64,000 nt of DNA from an uncultured virus (IMG/VR IMGVR_UViG_3300035680_001736) (IMGVR_UViG_3300035680_001736); one strand, 5' to 3'; counted from the first letter of the stretch, positions 28,377-38,479 are shown. Program-made: numbers and translations. The notes: generated by a model not told the origin, from the sequence alone.

Positions 28377-30425
28377 ATGACTGAACCAATGGATAATGAC
28401 GGAAAAAGCAAAAGCAAACCAAAAGGAGATTCGTCAACTCCAGTCCTTGATAATTTTAGTAGAGATTTGATAAAGTTGGCTGAAGAAGGTAAACTTGACC
28501 CTGTTATAGGTAGAGAAAGAGAAATAACAAGAATTGCCCAAATTTTATCTAGAAGAAAGAAAAATAACCCAATTATTATTGGCGAACCTGGTTGTGGTAA
28601 AACCGCAATTGTTGAGGGTCTTGCCATTAAAATTTTTGAGGGAGATTGTCCAAGAAATTTGATGGACAAAAGAATTGTGTCTTTAGACATGACATCAATT
28701 GTTGCCGGTACAAAATACCGTGGTCAATTTGAAGAGAGAATGAAAGTTATTATTGAAGAACTACAATCCTCTCCAAACATTATTGTCTTTATCGATGAGA
28801 TTCATACAATAGTTGGGGCCGGAAATTCATCGGGTTCTTTGGATGCGTCCAATATCTTTAAGCCAGCACTTGCTAGAGGAGAAATTCAATGTGTTGGAGC
28901 AACAACATTGGATGAATATAGAAAGAATTTTGAAAAGGATGGTGCCCTCGAACGAAGATTCCAAAAAGTTGTTGTTGATTCGGCAACAAAAAAAGAAACA
29001 TTTTTGATTCTTAAGAATGCTAAGGATAAGTATGAAACTTACCATAAAGTGAAATACTCTGATGAAATTCTTAATCTTTGTGTTGATTTGGCAGAACGAT
29101 ATATAACCGACCGTGAGTTTCCTGATAAAGCTTTCGACATTATTGATGAAGTAGGAGCTCGTAGTCAAGTTGAGATTAAGGTTCCTGAAATTATCGACCA
29201 ATTGAAACAACAAGCAACCGATATTAAACAACAAAAAATTGAGGTTGTTAAAAAACAGAACTATGAAGAGGCTGCAAACTTACGAGATAAGGAAAAGAAA
29301 ATTATTAGTAAGTTGGAAGATGAGAAAAAGAAATTCGAGGAAGAATTAATCTCACAGAAAAGAGAAATCACAACAGAATTGGTTTATGAAACCGTTTCTA
29401 ACATGACCAAAATTCCAATTTCTAAATTAGATTCTGACGAAACTAAGTTGTTAACTAAACTTGAGGAAAATTTATCCGGTAGGGTTATCGGTCAGGCACC
29501 GGCTGTTGCAAAAATTGCAAAATCTATCAGAAGAAATAGATTGGGTATCAAGGACCCAAACAAACCAATTGGTTCATTTATATTCTTAGGTTCAACAGGC
29601 ATCGGAAAAACATTACTAGCCAAAGAACTTGCAAAACAAATTTTTGGTAGTGAGGATAACCTTATCAGAATTGATATGTCAGAGTTTCAAGAAAAACATA
29701 CAATATCTCGTTTGATTGGAGCTCCTCCAGGATATGTTGGGTATGATGAAGGTGGTCAGTTGACAGAACAAGTTAAAAACAAACCATATTCTGTGATTCT
29801 ATTTGATGAAATTGAAAAGGCAAACAAAGACATTTTCTCAACTCTATTACAGGTATTGGATGACGGTCACGTTACAGATGGTTTGGGTCGTAAAATTAAT
29901 TTCAAAAATTGTGTGATTATTATGACATCGAATATTGGGGCGAAAAAATTACAAGATTTTGGCGCTGGTATCGGATTTAAGAGTGTTAACACTTACGTTG
30001 AGGAGGAGTATAAAAGAGACGTTTTGAAAAAAGAACTTCAGAAGTTTTTTGCTCCAGAATTCTTAAACCGTATTGATGAAGTTATTGTCTTCAATAGTTT
30101 GAAAAAAGAAGATATTCAACAAATTGTTAAACTTGAGCTTGATAAACTTTGTAATAGATTAGTTGGTCTGAAATACAACATCACATATGAACAGAGTGTA
30201 ACCGATTTAATTTCTGAGGTTGGTTTCGATGAACAATTCGGGGCTCGTCCTTTAAAGAGAGCAATCCAAGACAAGATTGAGGACTATATTTCTGAAGAAG
30301 TATTAAAAGGTAACATTGTAGAAAATGGTGATTACCAATTGTATGTAGAAACCAAAGAAATTAAAATTAAACAGGTTACCACAATAAGTCCTGTGAAAAA
30401 GACAAGAAAGAAAAAAGGGGAGTAA
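28377..30425 (+). CDS. clpC: ClpC-type AAA+ ATPase lacking the N-terminal domain
   Basis: Walker A motifs GEPGCGKT and GSTGIGKT; short M-domain (YEEAANLRD); IGF ClpP-docking loop. Confidence 0.88.
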   Translation: MTEPMDNDGKSKSKPKGDSSTPVLDNFSRDLIKLAEEGKLDPVIGREREITRIAQILSRRKKNNPIIIGEPGCGKTAIVEGLAIKIFEGDCPRNLMDKRIVSLDMTSIVAGTKYRGQFEERMKVIIEELQSSPNIIVFIDEIHTIVGAGNSSGSLDASNIFKPALARGEIQCVGATTLDEYRKNFEKDGALERRFQKVVVDSATKKETFLILKNAKDKYETYHKVKYSDEILNLCVDLAERYITDREFPDKAFDIIDEVGARSQVEIKVPEIIDQLKQQATDIKQQKIEVVKKQNYEEAANLRDKEKKIISKLEDEKKKFEEELISQKREITTELVYETVSNMTKIPISKLDSDETKLLTKLEENLSGRVIGQAPAVAKIAKSIRRNRLGIKDPNKPIGSFIFLGSTGIGKTLLAKELAKQIFGSEDNLIRIDMSEFQEKHTISRLIGAPPGYVGYDEGGQLTEQVKNKPYSVILFDEIEKANKDIFSTLLQVLDDGHVTDGLGRKINFKNCVIIMTSNIGAKKLQDFGAGIGFKSVNTYVEEEYKRDVLKKELQKFFAPEFLNRIDEVIVFNSLKKEDIQQIVKLELDKLCNRLVGLKYNITYEQSVTDLISEVGFDEQFGARPLKRAIQDKIEDYISEEVLKGNIVENGDYQLYVETKEIKIKQVTTISPVKKTRKKKGE

Positions 30426-30438
30426 AATCCCCTTTTTT

Positions 30439-30816
30439 TTATTTTAGTGTTTGTGAAGTTAATTTTTCGATTTTGTCAATCGCATTTGCATATGACGTAA
30501 AATAATTTACCGCATCGTCTATTTCATTTTCTAAGTCGAACTTACTTTGTGCGGGCATTTTCGAGGCCTGAACCTTACCTTTTAAATCGGAAAGTTGGGT
30601 CATTATTCTTGTATTCGGCTCGTCTAATTTTTTTAGTTTACGAGTAAGATTTCTTAAATTACTTGTGTATTTGTAGTAATCATAACCATATCCTCTCCAT
30701 ACACCTTTCAATCCTTGATACACGTCACTTATACCTTCTTGAGTTTCTTGTTCTTCAATAACTCTCTTAACTATTTTTTCTAAATCGGATTCTGTTAATC
30801 TTATAACTTTTCCCAT
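30439..30816 (-). CDS. Hypothetical protein with N-terminal IRLTESDL motif
   Basis: ORF; TATTTATA at 30829-30836. Confidence 0.85.
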   Translation of the reverse strand: MGKVIRLTESDLEKIVKRVIEEQETQEGISDVYQGLKGVWRGYGYDYYKYTSNLRNLTRKLKKLDEPNTRIMTQLSDLKGKVQASKMPAQSKFDLENEIDDAVNYFTSYANAIDKIEKLTSQTLK

Positions 30817-30838
30817 GATATTTTTTTTTATAAATATC

Positions 30839-31663
30839 TTAAAAAAGTAAAAACTGAGAATCTTTACGAGGGGTCAAATAATATTTTTTGTAACCCAATT
30901 CCTCAATCATTTTTTTACCAGTCTCAATCCCATTAAAGGTATCCTCAATTACAACATATTCTTCGGGAGTATGATAATTGTAATACCCAATTGAAATGTT
31001 TATACAAGAGAAGTCAAATTTATTCTTTAATGCATAAACATCAGTATAAGGATGTGACCCATACTTTTGTCGTCCTTGGAAAGATTCATTTAGAACATTA
31101 TCACATGTTTTAAAGAATTCGTCAGATTTTTCAAACAATTTAACACCCATGCAATATTCAGAAACCATCCAATTAAACGGAGCATCGAACTGAATCACAT
31201 AACCAACATCATAAAAGAAATTTGGGTCGGCCTTTCGTGACCCATGACAACCTGTTTCTTCTGAGACAAAAAACGCGGCTTTCAAAACCGGTAGTTCTTT
31301 AAGAAGTTCCAAACAAGCAAACACACCACATTTGTTATCACCACCAATGCCGGTTGGTCTACCAAAATCATTGTAGGCTTTGAGTGATTGTTTTAATTCT
31401 CCTTGAAAGTTTTCCAGTTCCTCTTCTCTAATGTTAATAACATCGATATCATGTACGGTATCGGTGTGAGCGACAACACATGGGTAAAATGAGTTTTCAC
31501 TTATTTCACCCTTTGTTGCATAAACATTCCAATGTTCATCAACAGAATATTCAATGTTATTTTTGGTTAACCAATCAATCAAAAACTCAATCATCAAATC
31601 TTCTTGATAAGTTTTTGTTGGTACGGATAAAACAGATTTAAGTAAATTTAGGTCTCTTTGCAT
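30839..31663 (-). CDS. M20/M28/M42-family metallopeptidase
   Basis: AHTDTVH, GIGGDNKCG, SEETG, QFD, YHT. Confidence 0.85.
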   Translation of the reverse strand: MQRDLNLLKSVLSVPTKTYQEDLMIEFLIDWLTKNNIEYSVDEHWNVYATKGEISENSFYPCVVAHTDTVHDIDVINIREEELENFQGELKQSLKAYNDFGRPTGIGGDNKCGVFACLELLKELPVLKAAFFVSEETGCHGSRKADPNFFYDVGYVIQFDAPFNWMVSEYCMGVKLFEKSDEFFKTCDNVLNESFQGRQKYGSHPYTDVYALKNKFDFSCINISIGYYNYHTPEEYVVIEDTFNGIETGKKMIEELGYKKYYLTPRKDSQFLLF

Positions 31664-31668
31664 ATTGA

Positions 31669-31676
31669 CAAAGATA
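31669..31676 (-). promoter_or_regulatory. Bacteroidota sigma70 -7 element TATCTTTG, 5 nt before ATG (representative copy)
   Basis: Matches the TAnnTTTG consensus; recurs at many genes. Confidence 0.75.
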
Positions 31677-31705
31677 GGTCAAGTTTGTGAATAAATAAAA
31701 TTAAT

Positions 31706-32770
31706 TTAAAATAATTCAGGGTGATACAAAAAGTTATAGAAATCATCAACTTCTACATACATTTTTTCGACACCGTAATAATTGTTTTTGTCAGGTTTAT
31801 GTAAGATTTTAATTTTTCCATCTTCAAACCCTTCAATTCTGAATATTTTATTTTCGTTTTTCTTTCCAAAAGTTTTTTGTACTGGGAAATTATTCCACTG
31901 ACCCGAACTGTAATTAAGTTTATCTAATAATTTGTAGAATTTTTGCATTTTTTCAAGTTCTTCAGGGTCAATATCTTCAACTAACCTATTATATAACCTA
32001 TCCAAAATTCTGTTAACCTCTCTATTGAACCCATCTCCATCCCAATTCTCGTTGCTCCAATAATTGTAATAATCCTCATATAAATTTTCGTCAAACTCTA
32101 AATTATTTTGTCCAACGAAATTCTTAAACATGTCAATCAAACTATCCTCGTGAGGAGTTTTGGTTTTGTCCCAAAAATAAATTAAACTACTTACAGTTGT
32201 AAGGTATACTTCTTTACACTCTTTTTCAATAATTCCAAAATTATCAAATTTACCACATAAATTTTTATTGACATATTCTAAACAACCCGCCTTTAACGTT
32301 TCGTCATAATAATCAGCATAATAACCTCCAATTTCACTAGCCTCATTACTAAAATTCTGATAGAAAAATTCACCAACACCTTCATTATAACCAATTTGGA
32401 AATTAGCCAAAGGAGGATTAACCAATTTTATAATATTTTTAAATAAAGTTAAATTTTCTTCATTAAAATAATGAATCGGATAACCACCTCTCATCTCATC
32501 ATCACCCCAATAACTGTCAACAAATAAGTTACCCGAATATCTACTCTCACAAGCGGCGATTATTGAAGCATTATTATTGTAATTGTCTTTGTCATCTATG
32601 AATATATTCATATATTCTTCCTCAGTAAATCTTAATTCAACCAAAGACTTTCCTCTATTTTTTTCATTTACTCTTGTAACCTTTACAATTCTATCATCAT
32701 CGGCCTCTTTAACAAATATAGGGTTTAAATTTGAATCACGAAATTGTAAAAGCGATTTATATAGTTCCAT
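31706..32770 (-). CDS. Hypothetical protein
   Basis: 354-aa ORF; TATTTATA at 32785-32792. Confidence 0.85.
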   Translation of the reverse strand: MELYKSLLQFRDSNLNPIFVKEADDDRIVKVTRVNEKNRGKSLVELRFTEEEYMNIFIDDKDNYNNNASIIAACESRYSGNLFVDSYWGDDEMRGGYPIHYFNEENLTLFKNIIKLVNPPLANFQIGYNEGVGEFFYQNFSNEASEIGGYYADYYDETLKAGCLEYVNKNLCGKFDNFGIIEKECKEVYLTTVSSLIYFWDKTKTPHEDSLIDMFKNFVGQNNLEFDENLYEDYYNYWSNENWDGDGFNREVNRILDRLYNRLVEDIDPEELEKMQKFYKLLDKLNYSSGQWNNFPVQKTFGKKNENKIFRIEGFEDGKIKILHKPDKNNYYGVEKMYVEVDDFYNFLYHPELF

Positions 32771-32844
32771 TAAAAAACTTTTTATATAAATACTTGGAAT
32801 ACCGATAAACTATTTATATCTTTGTATCACGTTATTTGATATAT

Positions 32845-33221
32845 GGGGGTAACTTGGAATTGACTAGCATGGTTGATTACTCGGAGCATGTCGAGGCTGA
32901 ACTAACCTTGTAAAACTGGTTCACACGATAAACGGCAACGTTATCAACAAACTCTCTGCAGTTGGTCTTATCCGTACTGAGGAGAACATTTCAGTAGCCT
33001 AATCTAGGATTAGCCTACAAAACGGGTCGGTAAGCATACAACCTTGGAACAGAAGCTCGTACTGTGGTGTGGTTTCTACCCGAAAAGAAGCACAACTCGT
33101 TTGTGGTTTTGAGAGCTCAAAAACCAATATTTCGGAACATTGAGAAGCGATGTTGACCTAAACATGTAGGGCTTAGTAGTTAAAATGAGTAGGAAGGGGT
33201 TCGACTCCCCATACCTCCACC
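32845..33221 (+). ncRNA. ssrA: tmRNA
   Basis: 5' GGGGGTA..GGAATTGAC; 3' GGGGTTCGACTCCCC-ATACCTCCA-CC; G3.U acceptor pair; tag ORF 32934-33002; TATCTTTG promoter upstream; terminator 33229-33255. Confidence 0.93.
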
Positions 33222-33271
33222 GTAAACAAAAATCCCCTCCGAAGAGGGGATTTTTAATTTAATTTTATTAA

Positions 33272-33706
33272 TTATACTTTCTGTTTACAAAGATTAATAA
33301 TTTCTCTAATCAAAGGAATTAATTTATCAGTTGGAAAGGATGTGTATGGGTTCAAATATAACCCACTATGGGTACCCATTTTTTTAACCGGAAAACCATA
33401 TTTCTGAGTAAGGTCAAAAACTAATTTACCCTTTTGAGGGTCGTCACTTTGGAAACTGAATGTTCCTACTTTTGATATTGACATTCCCCAATCATTTCCT
33501 GGCCCTGAGTGTGAACCCCAATTTAAACTATGGTCCCCGTCTTTCATTTTGATTTGTTTAGGACTTGTAGTCACTAAAGAAGAAACAATTTTAGACCAAT
33601 TTTCATCCATTGATTGTTCTTCTTCATTTATCAATGGTTTAGCGTCACCCATTGTTGATTCCATCAAATTATAAAATCTTTTTTTGTATTGTTCTATATT
33701 GTTCAT
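33272..33706 (-). CDS. Hypothetical protein
   Basis: 144-aa ORF; TATTTATA upstream. Confidence 0.8.
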   Translation of the reverse strand: MNNIEQYKKRFYNLMESTMGDAKPLINEEEQSMDENWSKIVSSLVTTSPKQIKMKDGDHSLNWGSHSGPGNDWGMSISKVGTFSFQSDDPQKGKLVFDLTQKYGFPVKKMGTHSGLYLNPYTSFPTDKLIPLIREIINLCKQKV

Positions 33707-33770
33707 TGTACTATTTTTTTATATAAATATATGAAAAATAAAAAAGGTGGGTTTCCCCACCTGTGATTTG

Positions 33771-33843
33771 TTGCAACTGAAGGATTCGAACCTCCGACCT
33801 TCAGGTTATGAGCCTGACGAGCTGGCCTCTGCTCTAAGTTGCG
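33771..33843 (-). tRNA. tRNA-Met(CAT), initiator-like
   Basis: CGCAACT...CTCATAA...GTTCGAATC; C1:A72 mismatch. Confidence 0.9.
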
Positions 33844-33859
33844 ATGTAATAGTTGAACT

Positions 33860-34700
33860 AAGCCTGAGATTACAGCTTTGAGTGAGAACCTTTTGAAGGA
33901 TTATTGTTTCCCTTCTTATCCACTTCCTTTTGAGAAGTATTTCTCAGTCACGGTCTTTTAGGTTTACCACTCCTTGAGGTTTAAGTTACTCTCTTATTAC
34001 TTAACTCTTTCCGAGGTTGCCACCCCAGTTCATCCTTGCGGGATTAAAGGTTTTTCGTAAAACTACAGTTAGACTTGGGGTCTTTCTGTGCCACGGACAA
34101 CCCGTGACTGTGTAGTGACCTTTCACTCAAACCTGATGGACACTTTTCCTTTAATTATTGTTCATAATTTTAGATTTGTGTCGTGGATGTGTCAGAGTAG
34201 TGGTCCACCTTAAGCTCCGTCTCCTTTTGGGCGACGAAATACTAAACTACTCCGTGAGATATCCCTATCTCCATACTTTCAGATTACTTCATAAAGAGAC
34301 CTTGGTAGGTCATCTTTAGGGGTAGTAGCGACACCACTCGTTCTCTACCTTACCTTTCGGTTTTAAATCCCCTTCGGTATTGGAATCCGCAATTGTGTAG
34401 TTGGAGCTACGTTTCTTACTTGATTCCTATGGGTTATTCTTGTTGGTGTTCCCACCTCAACTTGACAATCCACTTTGCCAAGTCACCTGACCACTTTCCC
34501 TACAGTGTTACCCTCGGTACTAAAGGTCTTGTGATATCCCACTTGTGTACTCGAGTTCCTTTCGAAACCGCAACCTCCTCAACACGGGGGAGGTCACTTT
34601 ATCCTACTTTCGTAGTTTATTTAAGGACCATACACGGCCCATTATCTTTTATCAGTTGTCATCACCCGAAGGTTACTTTCACTGAATGGATAATCTTACT
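33860..34700 (-). ncRNA. Large structured ncRNA, GOLLD-like (~840 nt)
   Basis: GC-richer, no credible ORF, many GNRA/UUCG hairpins, own promoters and boxA, directly upstream of a tRNA, 3' hairpin loop TGTAATCTCAG. Family assignment rests on size, context and recalled motifs only. Confidence 0.7.
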
Positions 34701-34738
34701 TTTCAAAGAACTTCTTCGGTCATTCCCGAATTGTTTTA

Positions 34739-34946
34739 CAAATTTAAGTCAAATTTTTCGTTCTGTCAAATTTTTCTTAAACTTTTTTTAAGATTCGAGA
34801 CTTGTATCTTAATCGTTGTCCGTCTCAAATCCTTTACAAATATATGGTGACTTTTTCAATCTACCAAATTTATTTGTATTTTTTTTTTGATTTAACTTTC
34901 CGAGTATCTTTCATCACCTGTAGGTGTCAAATCTTTTACAAATATA
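34739..34946 (-). promoter_or_regulatory. Three tandem Bacteroidota-type promoters (~100 bp spacing)
   Basis: TAAATTTG 34739-46, TATATTTG 34837-44, TATATTTG 34939-46; the first two have TTTG 20 nt upstream (-33 box). Confidence 0.75.
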
Positions 34947-34985
34947 AGGATAAATACTCACCAGACAAGCAAAATCGTAAAAAAA

Positions 34986-35669
34986 TTACAGATTCATCAA
35001 ATTTTTAATTCTATCGACATCTTCTTTAACGATAGAATTCATACCAAATTGACCAAACGCCTTTTCAAACCCTTTCATTAAAGGGTCCAATTTTCCACCA
35101 AACACATCAAGACCTTTAGAGCCCGGAGTTAAAGTTTTAAGTGATTTAGATAATTCAGGGCTAATTTCTTCTGAATCATCATCAGGTGTTGGTAAATCTT
35201 CATCGTTGGTAGTTGTCGAATCTTTAGGAGGTTGTGTGGGTGATACCCCTGACTTATTTGAAATATGAACATGATTATTATGATTTTTATAACCAAACCA
35301 TAAAACAACTTTAGGATTACCTGATTCTTTAACATTCACCAAATACCCCAAATTTTTCAATTCATCAACAAATCGTTTAATACTATCATAAATCCCTTTG
35401 GTTTTTGCAGAACTTTCATCGCTCCAACCTTTACCGTTAATCATGGCAATATCAACAGCATTACCCGTTTGATGTCTAGTTCCTTTTCTATGTCCGGTCA
35501 CTGCCGTAGTTACTGAAACTTGAACATTCGCCTTTTTAGCTGCAGTCTGAATGTCTGATAATAAAGAAATATTAATATTATCCTTAGATGGCGTTGAATT
35601 ACCTACCACTCTATCTCTAAATTCAACATTTGAGTACGTATCAACTACCTCATTTAATTTTTTATTCAT
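34986..35669 (-). CDS. M15-like Zn peptidase (peptidoglycan hydrolase) domain protein
   Basis: RHQTGNAVD and HNNHVHIS motifs. Confidence 0.7.
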   Translation of the reverse strand: MNKKLNEVVDTYSNVEFRDRVVGNSTPSKDNINISLLSDIQTAAKKANVQVSVTTAVTGHRKGTRHQTGNAVDIAMINGKGWSDESSAKTKGIYDSIKRFVDELKNLGYLVNVKESGNPKVVLWFGYKNHNNHVHISNKSGVSPTQPPKDSTTTNDEDLPTPDDDSEEISPELSKSLKTLTPGSKGLDVFGGKLDPLMKGFEKAFGQFGMNSIVKEDVDRIKNLMNL

Positions 35670-36004
35670 TATCCTTTAGTTCTCAAAAATTGATTTTCCG
35701 CTCTTAACTTTTCGTTTTCTTTTCTTAAGAAATCCACCTCAACTTCTAATCTTGAGAGTGAAGTGGTTAATACGATGATGTTTTCTCTCATCTTATCTTT
35801 TTCTTTGGATGATTCGTCAAGTAATGTTTCTAATTTAACAATTCTTTCTCTTAAATCATCTCTATAAAGTTCCCCATCTTTGTGTTGATTCTCTTCTTGC
35901 CTTTGCTTCAACAACATTCTTTTCTCATAATATTTCCAAGCCGCGTTTGAAGTTAAAACCGTTATTAGTGTAACGAGAATTGTAACCAAGTGTTGCTCCA
36001 TCAT
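35669..36004 (-). CDS. Membrane-anchored coiled-coil protein
   Basis: N-terminal hydrophobic helix followed by coiled coil. Confidence 0.8.
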   Translation of the reverse strand: MMEQHLVTILVTLITVLTSNAAWKYYEKRMLLKQRQEENQHKDGELYRDDLRERIVKLETLLDESSKEKDKMRENIIVLTTSLSRLEVEVDFLRKENEKLRAENQFLRTKG

Positions 36005-36104
36005 CAGTTTTTATTAAGTCAGTTATTATATTAAGATAAATATCAAAAACAAAAAAAAAGTATGACATAGAGTCATACTTTTTTACAAATATACGAATGT
36101 TTAA

Positions 36105-36557
36105 TTAAACCGTATGGTCAATATTAACCCTAATACAAGTTTGAGGTTTATTTTCATTCATCAAAAAATTATTAATATACCCCATAATATTTGCCGAGCC
36201 GATAGGATTGGCCGAGTGTACGACTACCAAAGGAAATTTAATACTACTAGCACCCTTTTTGGAACGGCTCATCTCAATCCTATCAGGATTCATTTCATAA
36301 AAATAATCTACAATCCATTTTGTACAATCATATCCGGTTTTTTCCTTAATATTATCGTAATCCAATTTGTAGTTTGGGGATACATTTGCAAAATACTCAT
36401 TCACTGCGGTATCACCCAAATCATGGTCCAATGAGATTGTTTCAATTTCACCGAGACCAATCTCAGTTACTTTATTAACAAAATCGTCGTAATTTCTAAC
36501 AACAATCCAATCGTTAGATAGAGGTGTACGAATGTCATCCAAATAAATTCTTTTCAT
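36105..36557 (-). CDS. Cyclic-phosphate-processing receiver-like domain protein
   Basis: YLDDIR, SLDHDLG, TGYD, VHSANPIG motifs. Confidence 0.75.
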   Translation of the reverse strand: MKRIYLDDIRTPLSNDWIVVRNYDDFVNKVTEIGLGEIETISLDHDLGDTAVNEYFANVSPNYKLDYDNIKEKTGYDCTKWIVDYFYEMNPDRIEMSRSKKGASSIKFPLVVVHSANPIGSANIMGYINNFLMNENKPQTCIRVNIDHTV

Positions 36558-36575
36558 AGTACAAAGATAGGTGTT

Positions 36576-37700
36576 TTATCTAACTCTCACAAATTTTTTG
36601 TACTTATTATCTTTTCCCTTAATAACTCTCATTTGTAAATCACTATTTGGTAAAATAGTTTGCCAATCAATTATCATTTCGGTACAAGGACCAAGATAAT
36701 CTCCGTGATTTAGGTGTGCCTGAACCGCATTTTGATTCACATAAATTGTATGATAAGAACCATTACCCGTTCCATGACAAATCGCAACTTTGTGACAATC
36801 ATCGTCATCTTCATCATCTTCATCCTCATCTTCATCGTCCTCATCTTCGTCCTCATCTTCATCGTCCTCATCTTCATCCTCATCTTCATCGTCCTCATCT
36901 TCATCGTCCTCATCTTCATCGTCATCGTCATCACCAGGTGGGATAACAATATTGATTCCAATAATTTGTTCAAATGTTGACACATTACCACAAGCGTCAG
37001 TTGCGGTATAATTTCTTATAATGTTATTTGCTGAATATTCTAAATCGCTATAAATTAAATTTATTGATGAACAATTATCTGTCACAGTTACAAACGAAGT
37101 ATCAATATTATCATCTTCATTAACCTCCAAATAAATTGGACCTGTAATAACCGGCGGTGTCATATCAATAGATGTTATTGTTTGTGACGAGATAGAAGTA
37201 TTTCCACAAAAATCAACGGCCTCCCAAACCCTAGTATAGATTGTAGAACAACTATCAACATTTTGAATTATGTTATAATAAGTTAGTACAAAATCACTAC
37301 AGTTGTCTGTGACTTGGGGGTCATCGAATATAATTGAGTCACCACATTCCACTGTACGATTGACCAAAGGTACAAAAAGTGGCGAAGTTTCATCAACAAC
37401 GTGAATTATTTGACTCTCCACTGATTGATTTCCAAAGTTATCAAAAGCTCGATATACTCTAAAAACATCATAATTGTTTTCACAAATACCGGTCGTAACT
37501 TCTTCATACCAAGCAATCTCAACACTATCATCACACTCATCAAGTGCTACAGGAAATACAACACTCAAATCAACATCACAAGAAATGGTAACTTCAGGTT
37601 CAAAGTTGATAAAATAAGGATTAATGGAATCATTTTCACACTGTGAAAATAAATTTATCGTTAAAAAAGATAAACTGAGAAGTAAAATTAGGTTTTTCAT
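36576..37700 (-). CDS. Secreted protein with HYR-like Cys repeats, poly-D/E tract and C-terminal KVAICH...HGDYLGPC domain
   Basis: Signal peptide; repeated D.C...R.Y.A.D.CGN.S...Q.I units. Confidence 0.8.
   Translation of the reverse strand: MKNLILLLSLSFLTINLFSQCENDSINPYFINFEPEVTISCDVDLSVVFPVALDECDDSVEIAWYEEVTTGICENNYDVFRVYRAFDNFGNQSVESQIIHVVDETSPLFVPLVNRTVECGDSIIFDDPQVTDNCSDFVLTYYNIIQNVDSCSTIYTRVWEAVDFCGNTSISSQTITSIDMTPPVITGPIYLEVNEDDNIDTSFVTVTDNCSSINLIYSDLEYSANNIIRNYTATDACGNVSTFEQIIGINIVIPPGDDDDDEDEDDEDEDDEDEDEDEDDEDEDEDEDDEDEDEDDEDDDDCHKVAICHGTGNGSYHTIYVNQNAVQAHLNHGDYLGPCTEMIIDWQTILPNSDLQMRVIKGKDNKYKKFVRVR
36799..36932 (-). repeat. Low-complexity codon repeat encoding a D/E tract
   Basis: (GAT/GAG/GAC/GAA)n in frame. 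Confidence 0.9.
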
Positions 37701-37831
37701 AGAATTTTAGTTTTAGAGTTAAATAATAATGTATAATTTGAGATATATCAAACATACTCAAGATAAATATTTTTATAAAAAATAAAAACCACACCTATTG
37801 GTGTGGTTTAACTCCATCCCCGACCTTAAAT

Positions 37832-38332
37832 TTATTTTTTACTCCCAAAGGTTTTAATGGTAAAATACCAACTTGGTTTTATATGTTTTGGGTCTTGTAT
37901 GACCACATATATTCTACCATTTTCTAATCCCGTATAATCATCAGAAAACGCATCTTTACCAACAGTAACTGTCCAAATATATCCATCTTCATCCTTTACC
38001 ATACTTTGAATATACATTGAGTATTTGCTGAACCACTTCTCACCCATAAATCCATTATTGGGTAATCCTTCAGAACTTAACTTAACCTTATTTGGGTATT
38101 TGATTCCAATCAATGTTCCCTTTTTAGAGATGTCAACATATATGGCATGTTTATTTGGCCTAACTTTTTTAATATCCCAAGTTATTGAGATAGTATCAGG
38201 AGCGACGAATGTGCCTTCCTCAAAAGTTTGAACAAGCCATAAATCGGACTTAAAAGATACTGGGTCTTTAAAAGTTTGTGAAAAGGCATTGATACTCAAA
38301 ATTGTACATAGTACAAAAAATACGTGTTTCAT
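37832..38332 (-). CDS. Hypothetical secreted protein
   Basis: Signal peptide. Confidence 0.8.
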   Translation of the reverse strand: MKHVFFVLCTILSINAFSQTFKDPVSFKSDLWLVQTFEEGTFVAPDTISITWDIKKVRPNKHAIYVDISKKGTLIGIKYPNKVKLSSEGLPNNGFMGEKWFSKYSMYIQSMVKDEDGYIWTVTVGKDAFSDDYTGLENGRIYVVIQDPKHIKPSWYFTIKTFGSKK

Positions 38333-38399
38333 TGTTAGGTTTTATAGTAAATATCTTGAACAAAACGCGAGTTAGATATGAACTATAGTTTTTCAGTTG

Positions 38400-38473
38400 T
38401 AGTCGGAGTGGGAGTTGAACCCACGACCATCACGGTATAAGCGTGCAACTCTAACCACCTGAGCTATCCGACT
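38400..38473 (-). tRNA. tRNA-Ile(TAT)
   Basis: Acceptor AGTCGGA/TCCGACT; anticodon loop CTTATAC; T-loop TTCAACT. Confidence 0.82.
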
Positions 38474-38479
38474 ATGTTT

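Noticed and set aside
34393..34791. 132-aa + strand ORF
   Set aside because: Antisense to the giant structured RNA and its promoter; no protein-like features
36052..36084. Palindrome AAAAAAGTATGAC-N5-GTCATACTTTTTT as an operator
   Set aside because: Position and flanking A/T runs fit an ordinary bidirectional terminator
36714..36991. His-rich, Ile-rich and Met/Lys-rich ORFs and an apparent repeat array
   Set aside because: Alternative frames of the D/E codon tract; no spacers, so not CRISPR
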